Numbered from the stretch's first letter, positions 47,833 to 56,949 are shown. The stretch: 64,000 nucleotides of DNA from an uncultured Lachnospiraceae bacterium (GCA_944381615.1 CALWLT010000039.1:34278-98277), one strand, 5' to 3'. A program made the numbers and translations. The notes: generated by a model not told the origin, from the letters alone.

Positions 47833-48947
47833 TCTTTACACGCCTCCTCAAGACAGGAAATGAGCGCCTCATTATCCGCCCGCGTCCGCACCGCCACGCG
47901 GCAGTACCGTTCATCAAGCCCTGAAAATCCGGCGCAGCCGCGAATCAGGATTCCCCGTTTCCGGCAGTGCGCCGCATAATCCGTCTCGTCCCCTTCTGCC
48001 CTGCGAAACAAGAGGAAATTGGCCGACGAAGGGAACACGAAAAATCCGAGCCGCTCCAGCGCACCAGCCAACCAGGCGCGCTCCTTACCAGTAACCCGCA
48101 CCGTTTCCTGGATAAACGCAGTCAGATCCGGCGCCGCCAGCGCGGCTTCCTGCGCCGGCCCCGACACGCTCCAGGGCGGCCGGACTCCCTCTATCTGCCG
48201 CCGCAGCCCGGGATCCGGGCAGACGGCAAACCCGAAGCGCAGGCCGGCCATGGAAAAAATTTTCGTAAAAGCGCCGAGCAGGATCACATGGCGAAACCGC
48301 TCCGGATCGCGCGCCAGAAACGGCGCCAGCGAATACGTCCCGGCGTCCCCGGCAAACCAGACAAAGCACTCGTCCACGATAAGAAGCGTCCCCGCCCGGC
48401 CGCAGGCGTCCGCCAGCTCTGTCAGAAACGCCGCCCGCTCCGCCCGGCCGGAGGGATTGGCGGGGCTGGCAAGAAGCAGCAGATCCGGCCGCTTGGGCCC
48501 GGAAAGACGCGCAAAGAGGCGTTCCCGCCCGGCCTCCAGCGAAAAGCCGCTTTCCGGAGTAAGAAGAAACGCTTCCGTCCGACAGCCGGCCGCCGAGAAC
48601 GCGCGCTCATACTCGCAAAAGCAAGGAGCGATCAGCAGGATCCGCTCCGGCCGCAGGGCAAACGCCAGCGAATAGATCAGATCCGAGGCGCCGTTTCCGG
48701 CCAGAAACCAGTCCGCGCAAAGCGGCGCGCCCCATTTTCCGTAAAATTCCTCCAGCCCGCCGCGAAGCCGCCTCATCTGCAGATCCGGATACCGCTCCCA
48801 CGTCTCCTCCGAGCCGCGGATCCGCTCTTTCATCTGCCGCGGCATCCCCAGCGGGTTGATGTTGACGGAACAATCCAGGCGGATCCGCCGGTCCGTATAA
48901 ATATCGCCTCCGTGTATCTCCTGCACGCGGATCCTCCTCTCTTTCAC
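47814..48947 (-). CDS. cobD: L-threonine-O-3-phosphate decarboxylase (PLP)
   Basis: HGGDIY, D.SVNINPLG, GNGASDLI, PANPSG, DECF, AFTK.F.MAGLRFG, VAVR; between cbiB and cobQ. Confidence 0.9.
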   Translation of the reverse strand: MKERRIRVQEIHGGDIYTDRRIRLDCSVNINPLGMPRQMKERIRGSEETWERYPDLQMRRLRGGLEEFYGKWGAPLCADWFLAGNGASDLIYSLAFALRPERILLIAPCFCEYERAFSAAGCRTEAFLLTPESGFSLEAGRERLFARLSGPKRPDLLLLASPANPSGRAERAAFLTELADACGRAGTLLIVDECFVWFAGDAGTYSLAPFLARDPERFRHVILLGAFTKIFSMAGLRFGFAVCPDPGLRRQIEGVRPPWSVSGPAQEAALAAPDLTAFIQETVRVTGKERAWLAGALERLGFFVFPSSANFLLFRRAEGDETDYAAHCRKRGILIRGCAGFSGLDERYCRVAVRTRADNEALISCLEEACKEWRRQS

Positions 48948-48954
48948 GCCGCTT

Positions 48955-49920
48955 TTATGCCGCCAGGATCAGCCCCCTCGCCAGAAGGGCAAGCGCCATG
49001 CCAAAAAGCGCCGCCCCGTACATCAGGCGCACGGCGAGCCGGATATCGCCGCTTCTGACCGAGCGCACATCGTCCCCGATATATGGCTTGGAAACCCGTT
49101 TTCCGAAATACCACGCGTCCCCCGCCAGGCGCACGCCCAGCGCGCCGGCACAGGCCGCCTCCGTCTGCGCCGAATTGGGACTTTTATGCTTTCTCCGATC
49201 CCGCCTCCAGACTGCCGCCGCCCGGCGGCGGTCAAAATCCGGCGGAAAGGAGACTGCGATCATCAGAAGCGCCGCCAGCCGCGACGGAAGGAAATTAACC
49301 GCGTCATCGAGACGGGCCGAGGCGCGGCCAAACCAGAGATAGCGCTCGTTTTGGTAGCCCACCATCGAATCCAGCGTATTGATCGCCTTGTAAATCCAGC
49401 CGAGCACCGGTCCCCCGAGCGCCAGATAAAAAAGCGGCGCGATCACGCCGTCGGAGGTATTTTCCGCCACCGTCTCCACCGCCGCCCGCACAATTCCCAC
49501 CCCGTCAAGCCGCTCTGTATCGCGGCCCACAATGCGCGATACGAGTTCCCGCGCCCGATCCGGGCCGTCCGTTTCCAGGGCGTGAAAAACACCCAGACCG
49601 GCGTCGCCCAGCGACCGGGCCGCCAGCAGATAATAAATCAGGATCGCCTCCGCCGCCGCCCGCACCGGCGCGCCCAGAAGCCCGGCGGCAGACAGAAGCA
49701 GGAAGGCGGCGGCCCCCGTCAGGGCCGGGACCGCAAATGCCAGGATCACTCCGCCCGCAAAAAGCTTCCCGGGGCTTTCCCCGGCCCGGCTGCGAAGCGG
49801 TATCTCCAGCGCGCCAATCAGCCGGCCGATCGCCCTTACCGGATGAGGGGCGTTTTCCGGATCGCCAAGCGCCAGATCCAGCGCAAAGCCGGCCGCCATT
49901 GCCAGAAGATGCCATTCCAT
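48955..49920 (-). CDS. cbiB: Adenosylcobinamide-phosphate synthase
   Basis: LDLALGDP, HPV..IG, IVGRDT..L, VETVAENTSDG, YKAINTLDSMVGY, SPNS...EAA.AGALG. Confidence 0.96.
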   Translation of the reverse strand: MEWHLLAMAAGFALDLALGDPENAPHPVRAIGRLIGALEIPLRSRAGESPGKLFAGGVILAFAVPALTGAAAFLLLSAAGLLGAPVRAAAEAILIYYLLAARSLGDAGLGVFHALETDGPDRARELVSRIVGRDTERLDGVGIVRAAVETVAENTSDGVIAPLFYLALGGPVLGWIYKAINTLDSMVGYQNERYLWFGRASARLDDAVNFLPSRLAALLMIAVSFPPDFDRRRAAAVWRRDRRKHKSPNSAQTEAACAGALGVRLAGDAWYFGKRVSKPYIGDDVRSVRSGDIRLAVRLMYGAALFGMALALLARGLILAA

Positions 49921-49941
49921 GCCGTTCCTCCCCGAAGAAGC

Positions 49942-50346
49942 CTATTTGATCTGCTGAGGCAGGCCGCAGACGACGCGGTACACTCTGGCGGAAGCCGCCG
50001 CCAGCCTCTGGCAGATCCGCCCGTACGTCTCCCGGTATTCCCGCTCCAGCGGATCCGCCGGGACAATGCCGCAGCCAATCTCATCCGCCGTGACGATCGC
50101 GCCCGGATTTTCACAAAGAAGACGATCCGACCAGGCGGCCGCGTCCTCCCCCTCCCGCATCAGGCGCAGAATGACCGCTTCCAGATGAAGGACAGTGCCG
50201 GCCGCAAACGCCTGCTCCGGCTTTCCTTTCCTCCCGTTAAAGACGGCGGCCGTCCTGCCCGGCCGGCCGCCGGAAATCTCCTCCTTCCGGCATTGCGAAG
50301 CGAAAGCGGATTTCCCCTGTCCCAGTCCGCCGACAATCAGGATCAC
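49942..50346 (-). CDS. Short CobU-like paralogue (adenosylcobinamide kinase/guanylyltransferase family)
   Basis: GTG start overlapping the upstream stop; IVGG.GQGKS P-loop; DEIG.GIVP.....R.YRE..GR....LA..S..V.RV.CGLP. Confidence 0.85.
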   Translation of the reverse strand: MILIVGGLGQGKSAFASQCRKEEISGGRPGRTAAVFNGRKGKPEQAFAAGTVLHLEAVILRLMREGEDAAAWSDRLLCENPGAIVTADEIGCGIVPADPLEREYRETYGRICQRLAAASARVYRVVCGLPQQIK

Positions 50347-50993
50347 GCCCCGGCCCCCTCGTACGTCAGAACCGCCGTGTGCGGGTCCGTATCCGCCGTC
50401 AGCTCCATGGTATCGCCCGGATACTCTACCACCAGCTCAAACAGGGAAAGGAAATGATCCGCCGTATCGAGCACGTCAAAGCCAAACTGCTCCGTCCGGT
50501 AATGCATCGGGATTACAACCCGGGGGCGAAGCGCCTGCACGACCGCATACGCCTGATCGGCGTCGATGGTATAGTAGCCGCCGATCGGAATCAGAAGGGC
50601 ATCCAGCCCGGAGAGCTCCCGGATCTGCTCCGGATTGAGCATACAGCCCAGATCGCCCAGATGCGCCAGCTTAAGCCCGCCGCACTCGATCCGGTGGATG
50701 GTGTTTCGCCCACGCAGCGCGCCGTTCTGATCGTCATGGAACGACGCAATCCGGGTTACCGTAAACGGCGAAGGGCCGGCCGGCCGGATCGAAACCGCCG
50801 ACACACAGCCGTGATCCGCGTGGTCATGGCTGCACAGGACCTCGCTGGCCGTTACCGTAAGCGGCGAAAGTCCCGGGATAAAATGATCCGCATACGGATC
50901 CAGCACGATGGAATAGCCGTCCGCCTCCAGCCGGAAGCAGGACTGGCCCAGCCACTGGATCTGAATCGCTGTTTTCTGATTCGATTGTTCCAT
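50343..50993 (-). CDS. MBL-fold metallo-hydrolase (Lactamase_B_3/UlaG-like)
   Basis: WLGQSCFRL, SHDHADH, FHD, AHLGDLG, LIPIGG, IPMHY. Confidence 0.92.
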   Translation of the reverse strand: MEQSNQKTAIQIQWLGQSCFRLEADGYSIVLDPYADHFIPGLSPLTVTASEVLCSHDHADHGCVSAVSIRPAGPSPFTVTRIASFHDDQNGALRGRNTIHRIECGGLKLAHLGDLGCMLNPEQIRELSGLDALLIPIGGYYTIDADQAYAVVQALRPRVVIPMHYRTEQFGFDVLDTADHFLSLFELVVEYPGDTMELTADTDPHTAVLTYEGAGA

Positions 50994-51013
50994 AGATAAC
51001 CTCCTTCTCTGTC

Positions 51014-51778
51014 TTATCCCTGCAGCAGCGAGACGGCGGCCAGCAAGAGTACGCCGTTGCGCTCGCAGCACTGAACGAAGCACCCGGCCAGATCGCCGGT
51101 CACACCGCCAAATTCCCTGAGCGCCATGCGCCGGTACCAGAAAAATGTAAGAGCCACGGCCGCCGCACAGGCCAGCCCCGCCATTTTACCCGCCAGCAAA
51201 AGCCAGGCAAGAGACATGGCCAGATAAACGGCCGCACAGACGAGGACGCCCCTTTTTCCGGCGGCTTCAGAGAAACGGACGGCCAGTCCCTCTTTTTTGG
51301 CGGCGGGGAAGGAAACGACGCTCACGGCGCTGAGCGCGCGCTCCGCCACAAAGACGGCCGGCATCAGTCGGACCGCCTCCCGCGTCAGCTCCGAGACCGC
51401 CGCCGCATAAATCAGGAGATACAGCCCCAGGCCGATCAGCGCAAACGCCCCCGTGTGCGGATCCTTCATGATCGCCAGCCGCTTCTCCCGGGAAGCGTAC
51501 GAACGCCTCGCATCCGTCACATCCAGATACCCGTCCATGTGGATCCCGCCCGTCAGAAGAAGCGGGACGGCCGTGAGCACAAACGTCCCGGCAAGCGGGC
51601 CGGCCCCCGCCAGACGGCAGAGCTCATACGCCAGAACAAACGCCAGCCCGATCCCCGCCCCGATCAGCGGAAAAAAACAGAGAACCCGGCGCATCCGTTC
51701 CTCGGTCCAGGCAACCTGCGGCACGGGAACGGCGGAATACATGGAGCAGGCAATGAGAAAGCTTCCCAGCAGATTCAT
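51014..51778 (-). CDS. cobS: Adenosylcobinamide-GDP ribazoletransferase (cobalamin synthase)
   Basis: FFPLIG, LTGGIHMDG.LD..DA, IMKDPHTGAF, FGGVTGDLAG. Confidence 0.96.
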   Translation of the reverse strand: MNLLGSFLIACSMYSAVPVPQVAWTEERMRRVLCFFPLIGAGIGLAFVLAYELCRLAGAGPLAGTFVLTAVPLLLTGGIHMDGYLDVTDARRSYASREKRLAIMKDPHTGAFALIGLGLYLLIYAAAVSELTREAVRLMPAVFVAERALSAVSVVSFPAAKKEGLAVRFSEAAGKRGVLVCAAVYLAMSLAWLLLAGKMAGLACAAAVALTFFWYRRMALREFGGVTGDLAGCFVQCCERNGVLLLAAVSLLQG

Positions 51779-51795
51779 CCGTTCCTCTCCTTTTC

Positions 51796-52335
51796 TCAGT
51801 TCTTTATCCCGGCCGCTCTGCGAACCGGCAGCGCGATCCCGCACACGACCTCCGTGACCGACGCGGCCCGCGCCGCCAGGCTCCGGTTCAGATCCCCGAG
51901 AAGCCTGCGGTAGCGCTCGGACTCCTCATCGTAACGAATTCCGTCGCAGCCGATCTCGCCGGTTACCACGATCAGCGTCCCGCACTGCGCCTCCAGATGC
52001 CGGATCCCGTTTAAGATCCGGCGCTTCGCGCCGGCCTCTTCCCGGTAAAATTCATTGACCGCCAGATGCGTCAGGCATTCCAGTAAAATCACGTCGGCCG
52101 CCGGACGGCGGCCCGGATCCGGCAGGGACAGATGTTCCAGATCCGCGCTGCGCTCCAGCGTCGCAAATCCCTTCCCGGCGCGCTGCCTTTTATGGCGCGC
52201 CGCCCGGATCGCATCCTCCTCGTCCCAGATCTGCATCGTCGCCACGTAAATGCGCCGCTCTCCCAGGCGCAGGGCCAGATTTTCCGCGTATTCTGATTTT
52301 CCGCTCGCACTTGCGCCCGTTACCAGCCGGAGCAT
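51796..52335 (-). CDS. cobU: Adenosylcobinamide kinase/adenosylcobinamide-phosphate guanylyltransferase
   Basis: VTG.SASGKSEYAE, YVATM, RH..QR..KGF.TLE, LLECL..L..NE, V.EVVCGI. Confidence 0.93.
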   Translation of the reverse strand: MLRLVTGASASGKSEYAENLALRLGERRIYVATMQIWDEEDAIRAARHKRQRAGKGFATLERSADLEHLSLPDPGRRPAADVILLECLTHLAVNEFYREEAGAKRRILNGIRHLEAQCGTLIVVTGEIGCDGIRYDEESERYRRLLGDLNRSLAARAASVTEVVCGIALPVRRAAGIKN

Positions 52336-52362
52336 CCCGTTTCTCCTCTTTCCAGTCTTTTA

Positions 52363-52486
52363 TACGCCCTGATTCGTTTACACGCCTCTGGCTGCCACAG
52401 TCTGCGCACCCTGATCGCGCATCCGCCTGCCGCGATCTGTACGCCCTTCGCGTATCCGCCTTTGCCTACAGCGGTCTGTACGCCTC
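52363..52486. repeat. Degenerate repeats of the cobT 3' end
   Basis: Minus strand: GAGGCGTACAGACCGCTGTAG, GGGCGTACAGATCGCGGCAG, GGGTGCGCAGACTGTGGCAG, GGGCGTATAAAAGACTGG. Confidence 0.6.
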
Positions 52487-53629
52487 GATCTCCATCCCGG
52501 AAAAGGTGTCCATCTCATGGTAGACGGCCAGCGCCATATCCAGAAGCGGGAACAGCGTCAGCGCGCCGGTTCCCTCTCCCAGGTGCAGACCGGCCCGGAC
52601 GGCGGAGGCAAGGCCGAGGTATTCCATCAGCCGTCCGGCGGCCGGCTCGGCTGAAACGTGAGAGGCCAGCAGATACGCGCGGCACCGCCCGTCTAACAGC
52701 ACGGCCAGCGCGGCCGCAGCCGCCGAGATAAAGCCGTCGATTACCATGGGGACCCGGTACGCGGCGCCGCCCAGAAACGCGCCGGCCAGCGCGGCCAGAT
52801 CCAGGCCGCCGACCGCCGAGAGGATCGACACGGCATCCGCCGGATCCGGCCTGTTTCTGCGGATCCCCTCCCGGATGACCTCGGCCTTTTTTTGCACGCC
52901 CGCACGGCTTAAACCGGCTCCCGGCCCGGCAATCCGGCCCGGATCCTCCGACAAAATCAGGGACGCCGCCGCGCTGCTGGTCGTCGTGTTGCCGATCCCC
53001 ATCTCTCCCGTCGCCAGAATCTGATATCCCTTTTCGCGCAGATAGCGCACCAGATCGGCCCCGGTCATGATCGCGGCCAACGCTTCCCTGCGGCTCATCG
53101 CCGCCCCCTTCGCAAAATTCGCCGTCCCCCGGCGGATCTTGCGGTCAAACAGCGAAACGGCCGTCCCCGGATCCCGGATTTCGCCCGCGATCCCCACGTC
53201 CACGGCAAACACGTCGGCTCCCGCCCGGCGGGCCATCAGACAGCTGCAGGAGGTTCCTCTCGTAATCCCGGCGGTTACCGCCGCCGTGACCTCCTGTCCC
53301 GTCTGCGTCACGCCCTCTGCGACCACGCCGTTATCCGCGCAGAAAAGAAGCAGTCCCCGGAGGGAGAGAGAAACGGCCGCATCCCCCGTGATCGCGGCAA
53401 TCTGCGACACGTCCTCTTCCAGGACGCCCAGGCTTCCAAGCGGCTTGGCAATCCGGCTCCACCGCGCCTGCGCCTGTCTCCGGGCCTCTTCATCCGGCGG
53501 CGCAATCCGCGCGCGAAGCCTCTCCAGCTCCCGGGTCAGCGCCTCCTCGGTCCAGTCCCGGTAATCCTCCGGCTCGCAAACGGCGTCTTCCGGCCGCGTC
53601 TTTTCAAGAAGCGCTTCTTCTCCCGTCAT
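52466..53629 (-). CDS. cobT: Nicotinate-nucleotide--dimethylbenzimidazole phosphoribosyltransferase
   Basis: AKPLGSLG.LE, CADNGV..EGV, GEMGIGNTT.SSA, GG.D.AAL.G, DGFIS..AA, LHLGEGTGA. Confidence 0.97.
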   Translation of the reverse strand: MTGEEALLEKTRPEDAVCEPEDYRDWTEEALTRELERLRARIAPPDEEARRQAQARWSRIAKPLGSLGVLEEDVSQIAAITGDAAVSLSLRGLLLFCADNGVVAEGVTQTGQEVTAAVTAGITRGTSCSCLMARRAGADVFAVDVGIAGEIRDPGTAVSLFDRKIRRGTANFAKGAAMSRREALAAIMTGADLVRYLREKGYQILATGEMGIGNTTTSSAAASLILSEDPGRIAGPGAGLSRAGVQKKAEVIREGIRRNRPDPADAVSILSAVGGLDLAALAGAFLGGAAYRVPMVIDGFISAAAAALAVLLDGRCRAYLLASHVSAEPAAGRLMEYLGLASAVRAGLHLGEGTGALTLFPLLDMALAVYHEMDTFSGMEIEAYRPL

Positions 53630-53704
53630 GTGTTCCTCCCGAGCCGAAACGGCCGCCGCGCAGGGGCGTCCGGGCTTTCAAAATTTCTGTTTCTGCAAAA
53701 AATG

Positions 53705-53746
53705 AACAGGGGCCGCCCGTTTTCCCTGTTCCGGGCAGCTCCCTGT
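53705..53746 (-). terminator. Terminator-like hairpin between the cysteine hydrolase gene and cobT
   Basis: ACAGGGAGCTGCCCG...CGGGCGGCCCCTGTTCATTTTTT on the minus strand. Confidence 0.6.
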
Positions 53747-53783
53747 CCATTGTATCACGGGTAGCCGTTTTTTTCTATCCTTT

Positions 53784-53847
53784 TTTCAGACGGCCGCGCA
53801 AGTTGCGGCCGCGCAAGTTTGCACAGGCGCTTCCTTTCAGACGGCCG
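53784..53847. repeat. Stop-codon-spanning duplication plus tandem repeat after the cysteine hydrolase gene
   Basis: TTTCAGACGGCCG at 53784-53796 and 53835-53847; CGGCCGCGCAAGTT at 53791 and 53806. Confidence 0.75.
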
Positions 53848-54484
53848 GCGGGACGGACCACAGCCGGATTATCTCCTCCGAATTCAGCATCCGGTAGCGG
53901 GAGCGCATGATGGCAAGCGCCGCTTCCTGCATGTTCAGAGAGGACGAGGCAACGCAGTCCTCCGCCACGCACGTATAATAATCATAAAACGAGGCGTCCA
54001 GCACCGTCGCCAGCACGCAGCCTTCGGTGCGGGTTCCGCACACCAGAACCGTGCGGATTCCGTTGGCCCGCAGAATCTGGTCCAGGAACGTCCCGTGAAA
54101 GCCGCTGGGGCGGCATTTGGGCACGCAGATTTCCTCTCTGCGGGGCGAAAGCTCCGGAATCATTTCCATTCCCTCTGAACCGGCCAGCGCGTACTCCGGA
54201 GATTTTCCGTCCCGCGTTTTAAAAGCCAGCCACGCATCCCCGTCCCCGGCCGCGCCGGGAAGCGTCATCTGCTGAAGAAAAACCGGAAGGACCCCCGCCT
54301 TTCTGGCCGCCTCAAGCAGTCTCTGCACCGGGGGAATGATCGCGCGGACAGCCGACACATCGAGCCCGGAACGGGCGAAGCTTCCCTCTCCCGTACAGAA
54401 ATCCCTCTGCATATCGACCACGATCAGCGCCGTGTGCGAAGGATTCATGATTTCTTCCACCGTTCTCATCGGTTGGTTTTTCAT
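53837..54484 (-). CDS. Isochorismatase-family cysteine hydrolase
   Basis: TALIVVDMQRDF, K.R.SGF.GT.L..ILR, CGT.TEGCVLAT (D/K/C triad). Confidence 0.92.
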   Translation of the reverse strand: MKNQPMRTVEEIMNPSHTALIVVDMQRDFCTGEGSFARSGLDVSAVRAIIPPVQRLLEAARKAGVLPVFLQQMTLPGAAGDGDAWLAFKTRDGKSPEYALAGSEGMEMIPELSPRREEICVPKCRPSGFHGTFLDQILRANGIRTVLVCGTRTEGCVLATVLDASFYDYYTCVAEDCVASSSLNMQEAALAIMRSRYRMLNSEEIIRLWSVPPAV

Positions 54485-54491
54485 TTTTTGC

Positions 54492-55733
54492 TCAGACCCC
54501 TCTCTGCATCCAGCAGTACGTATCGTACGCCTCTCTGAGATCGATGCGGGCCGCTTCGTCTTCGGCCTGCTTCTGATAAAACTGCGCTTCGCCCTGCAGA
54601 TACTCTGCGCGGCTGATGGCGCCGGACTGCCAGCGGATCTGAAGCGCCTGATAATCCTTCTGCGCCGCCTCATACGCAGAGGCGGCCGCGGATCGGGCCA
54701 GCGCCATGGCCTTTACCGTCTCATACTGCTGATCGACGGATACGCTGGCCTCCCCTTGTGCCTCCGCCAGCTGGCTCTTTCTCAGATTCCGGTTGGCGTC
54801 GCCGGATACCCTGGAATTTTTGATGGACTTGACACTGGAATCCGCAATCACGGCGATCGCCTTATCCGCTTCCAGATCCATGGACGCAAGCTCTTCCTGC
54901 GTGACTTCCGGAACGTCCCCCAGCGTCAGCGAAGCGGCCCGGCTGCCGGAAATTCCCAGGAGGACTGCCAGCTGATTTTTGGTGCTCGCCGCCTGCGCCG
55001 AGAGATTCTGCGCGGAAATCTTTGCCTGCAGAAGAGATTCCTGTCCGGCAAGAAGCTCTGCTTCGGTGCAGAGTCCCACGCTGCGCTCATTCTGCAGACG
55101 GCTTAACGCCGCCTCGGCGGCCTCGGCGCTTTTCTGCGCCGTCTGCGCCTGATCCTCCAGCTTTTTACAGGTCCCCATCAGCGTCTGCGCCAGCTTGACC
55201 TGCCCCCAGACCGTCTTGTCGCGGGACGATTCGCTTGAGACGGAGTTTAGAGAGGTCAGCGTCCTCCGGTACTGCCGGGCCGACGAAGAGAGGATCTGCG
55301 CGCTGGCTTCGTAGGCGGCGATCAGCGCCGGATCGCCGTCCTCGTCCTCCAGCTGCTCTGCCTTGTCCTCCATATCCGCTTTATCGGCAACCATGGCGTC
55401 ATAGGCCGACTGATACACGGCCAGGTTTTCCTGATAGCTGCGCTCCGAGGCCAGCGCCGTGCTGTTTCCCTCCCGGACGAGCGCCTCCAGCTCTCCGTAT
55501 TCAATCAGCGAGTCGTCCAGCTGTTCCTGCGTATAGACTGCGGCCGCCGGCTCCGGCTCTTTTTCCTGCCCGGTTTTAAGCGCCGGTCCCTGGGCGGGAA
55601 GCGCATCCGTCTCCGTCCCGGAGATCAGAGGCGATTTGGCCGCATAGGCCGGCGCCGGGCCAAGCGCGCCAAGAAGCAGCGCCATCGCCGCGGCTGCCGC
55701 CGGTTTCCCGGCTGCCTTCCATTTCCTTTTCAT
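54492..55733 (-). CDS. TolC/OEP-like coiled-coil protein 2
   Basis: Basic signal peptide ending AYA; Ala/Gln/Glu helical repeats; YEAAQKDY.....R...G.IS..EYL OEP-like motif; paralogue of the neighbouring gene. Confidence 0.7.
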   Translation of the reverse strand: MKRKWKAAGKPAAAAAMALLLGALGPAPAYAAKSPLISGTETDALPAQGPALKTGQEKEPEPAAAVYTQEQLDDSLIEYGELEALVREGNSTALASERSYQENLAVYQSAYDAMVADKADMEDKAEQLEDEDGDPALIAAYEASAQILSSSARQYRRTLTSLNSVSSESSRDKTVWGQVKLAQTLMGTCKKLEDQAQTAQKSAEAAEAALSRLQNERSVGLCTEAELLAGQESLLQAKISAQNLSAQAASTKNQLAVLLGISGSRAASLTLGDVPEVTQEELASMDLEADKAIAVIADSSVKSIKNSRVSGDANRNLRKSQLAEAQGEASVSVDQQYETVKAMALARSAAASAYEAAQKDYQALQIRWQSGAISRAEYLQGEAQFYQKQAEDEAARIDLREAYDTYCWMQRGV

Positions 55734-55761
55734 GCTGCGCTCTCCTTTCTGCCTCTTTGTT

Positions 55762-56949
55762 TTAAGAGGAAGCCGCCAGTCCGTCAACCGCCCACTGATA
55801 GGCAAGCTGCGCCTGCAGAAGGCCGTAGGAAGCCGTCTTTTCTGCGATCTGGGCGTCCGTATACGAATACTGCTGATTGGCATAGGCGTTGGCGCTGATG
55901 AGGCCGGCCGCCTTCTGCCGGTCGGCCTTCTGCATCTCGTTTTCCGCCAGCGTCAGGCTGTTTTTTGCCTGTTCATACTGAAGCTCCGCCAGCAGAAGGC
56001 TCTGATAGGCCGAGCTGACGCTGTTTTTGACGGATTCCGTCCCACCGGCCAGCGACGTCTCGTAGCCGCTTTTTAATGTGCTGTTCATGGAATTTTCCGC
56101 CTGCCGCTCCAGAATCTTTAAGCTGTAATTGGAAGCCACTGCCGTTTCCTGATCGGCGACCAGATTGATCGTGCTGCTGTAACCGGCCGCCGGCTCCGGG
56201 AGCGCGCCAATCTCCACGGCGTCCCCATACTTCCAGCCCAGCATCAGGCAGAGGGATTCCCGGGTGGAGGCAATCGTGCTTTCCGCCGTCGTCACATTGG
56301 ACTGCGCCGTCAGAAGCGCTTCCTGTGCGTTCAGGACATCCGACTGCGTCCGCGTTCCGGCCGTCAGGCCGGCCTGCGCCACCTCCAGCTCCTTCTGCGC
56401 CCTGGCTGCGGCATTCTGGCTGCTCTCCAGAGAGACAACCGCCTCCCAGTAGGCAATCATCTGATTCTGCGCCGTCTGCACCAGCGATTTCTCCTGCTGC
56501 TGATAGCCCCAGGACACCACATCCTCATCCGACACATTGTTATCGCCCTGCTTTACCATCTGATCCGCAGAGAGCTCGCTGGACTGGGCGGCCGCCAGCA
56601 GAGACCCGTAGTTGGCCTCGTCGGAATCCGGATATTCGATGCTGGCATAGATCTCATCCGCCGTATCATAGTACGTTTCCGAGATCTCCTCGTTGTCTTT
56701 TCCCTGATAGTCCTTAAAATCAATCTGATTGCGGCGGACCGTAGTATTGTACTCCCGGATCAGATCCGCAATCTCGTCAAATTCCAGCTTATCATCCCGA
56801 AGCTGCGCCCAGCGCTCCTCGGAATAGGCAAATTCCGGGCTGGCGGCCAGCGCCGTCTGCGGCGCCGTAAACGCCAGAACCGCCCCCAGCGCGCAGATCG
56901 CGCGCCGGGCCGGCCGGCTTCCCTTTCTCTTCTTCCGGTTTCGGTTCAT
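55762..56949 (-). CDS. TolC/OEP-like coiled-coil protein 1
   Basis: Basic signal peptide ending ALA; A...L.AG..T.SDVL.AQ and KA.GLIS...Y OEP-like repeats; downstream of the RND gene. Confidence 0.75.
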   Translation of the reverse strand: MNRNRKKRKGSRPARRAICALGAVLAFTAPQTALAASPEFAYSEERWAQLRDDKLEFDEIADLIREYNTTVRRNQIDFKDYQGKDNEEISETYYDTADEIYASIEYPDSDEANYGSLLAAAQSSELSADQMVKQGDNNVSDEDVVSWGYQQQEKSLVQTAQNQMIAYWEAVVSLESSQNAAARAQKELEVAQAGLTAGTRTQSDVLNAQEALLTAQSNVTTAESTIASTRESLCLMLGWKYGDAVEIGALPEPAAGYSSTINLVADQETAVASNYSLKILERQAENSMNSTLKSGYETSLAGGTESVKNSVSSAYQSLLLAELQYEQAKNSLTLAENEMQKADRQKAAGLISANAYANQQYSYTDAQIAEKTASYGLLQAQLAYQWAVDGLAASS

